DNA of 63,920 bases, filler included, from Choristocarpus tenellus KU-1152 (lineage: Eukaryota; Protista; Phaeophyceae), in the NCBI GenBank assembly GCA_964200185.2. It is 9 parts of 9 records of this genome, joined end to end, with 100 filler letters (N's around TTAATTAATTAA, not from the genome) between each part and the next. Parts side by side here need not be neighbours in the genome. Positions count along the whole stretch, not along the records: positions 49,464 to 63,920 come from CAXNAD020001183.1; 8 more parts are not named here. One strand, written 5' to 3'. Both the position numbers and the translations under genes were made by a program. The notes under the pieces were generated by a model. That model was not told the origin of the DNA. It did not search any database and saw only the letters and a list, made by a program, of their open reading frames with translations. Position 1 is the first letter of the stretch; each line of letters begins with the position of its first letter. Below are positions 63,739 to 63,920 of this stretch, piece after piece.

Positions 63739-63920
63739 GAGGTTAAGTATCTTAGAGGGTAGAGCCGCATCCTTTTGGGCGCTAAAATCCAATGTTGCAA
63801 TTTTGATGCAATTTTGGCTATTGTGTATTTGGGTCGAAATCAGGAAAAGTGCATTTACATTATCCATCTGACGTATGCAACCACATCACCCAAAAATCGC
63901 GACATGAAAAAATTGACCAC
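63739..63920. mobile_element. Chimeric MITE: family A end joined to family B interior
   Basis: 63739-~63825 matches the A right end (inverted); ~63826-63920 matches the B interior (CAGGAAAAGTGCATTTACATTATCCATC...). Confidence 0.75.

Overview
This is eukaryotic, intron-rich genomic DNA, not a prokaryotic locus. The gene set, LINE motifs and TTAGGG repeats suggest a stramenopile such as a brown alga or relative, which is an inference. The window is nine contigs joined by artificial 100-bp spacers (44 N + TTAATTAATTAA + 44 N), so adjacency across spacers is not biological. Host genes I could splice in frame by hand: a Kelch + Ig-like protein (3 exons, +), a Rab-GAP TBC protein (+), a phospholipid scramblase (3 exons, -) and a calpain (7 exons, -, catalytic His/Asn intact, Cys-rich tail instead of domain III). 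There is also a degenerate AP-2 sigma exon. Mobile DNA: a full-length mutated DD39D-type Tc1/mariner with TIRs and TA TSD, a Ty1/copia remnant with a solo LTR (5-bp TSD), LINE and MULE remnants, a possible hAT remnant, and three related MITE families with G..AAAGTA termini, two of which show 4-bp TSDs. The most striking unexplained signal is about 50 short TTAGGG/CCCTAA tracts in both orientations in the calpain introns, two of them written into MITE ends at microhomologies. This suggests telomerase-templated repair inside a gene.
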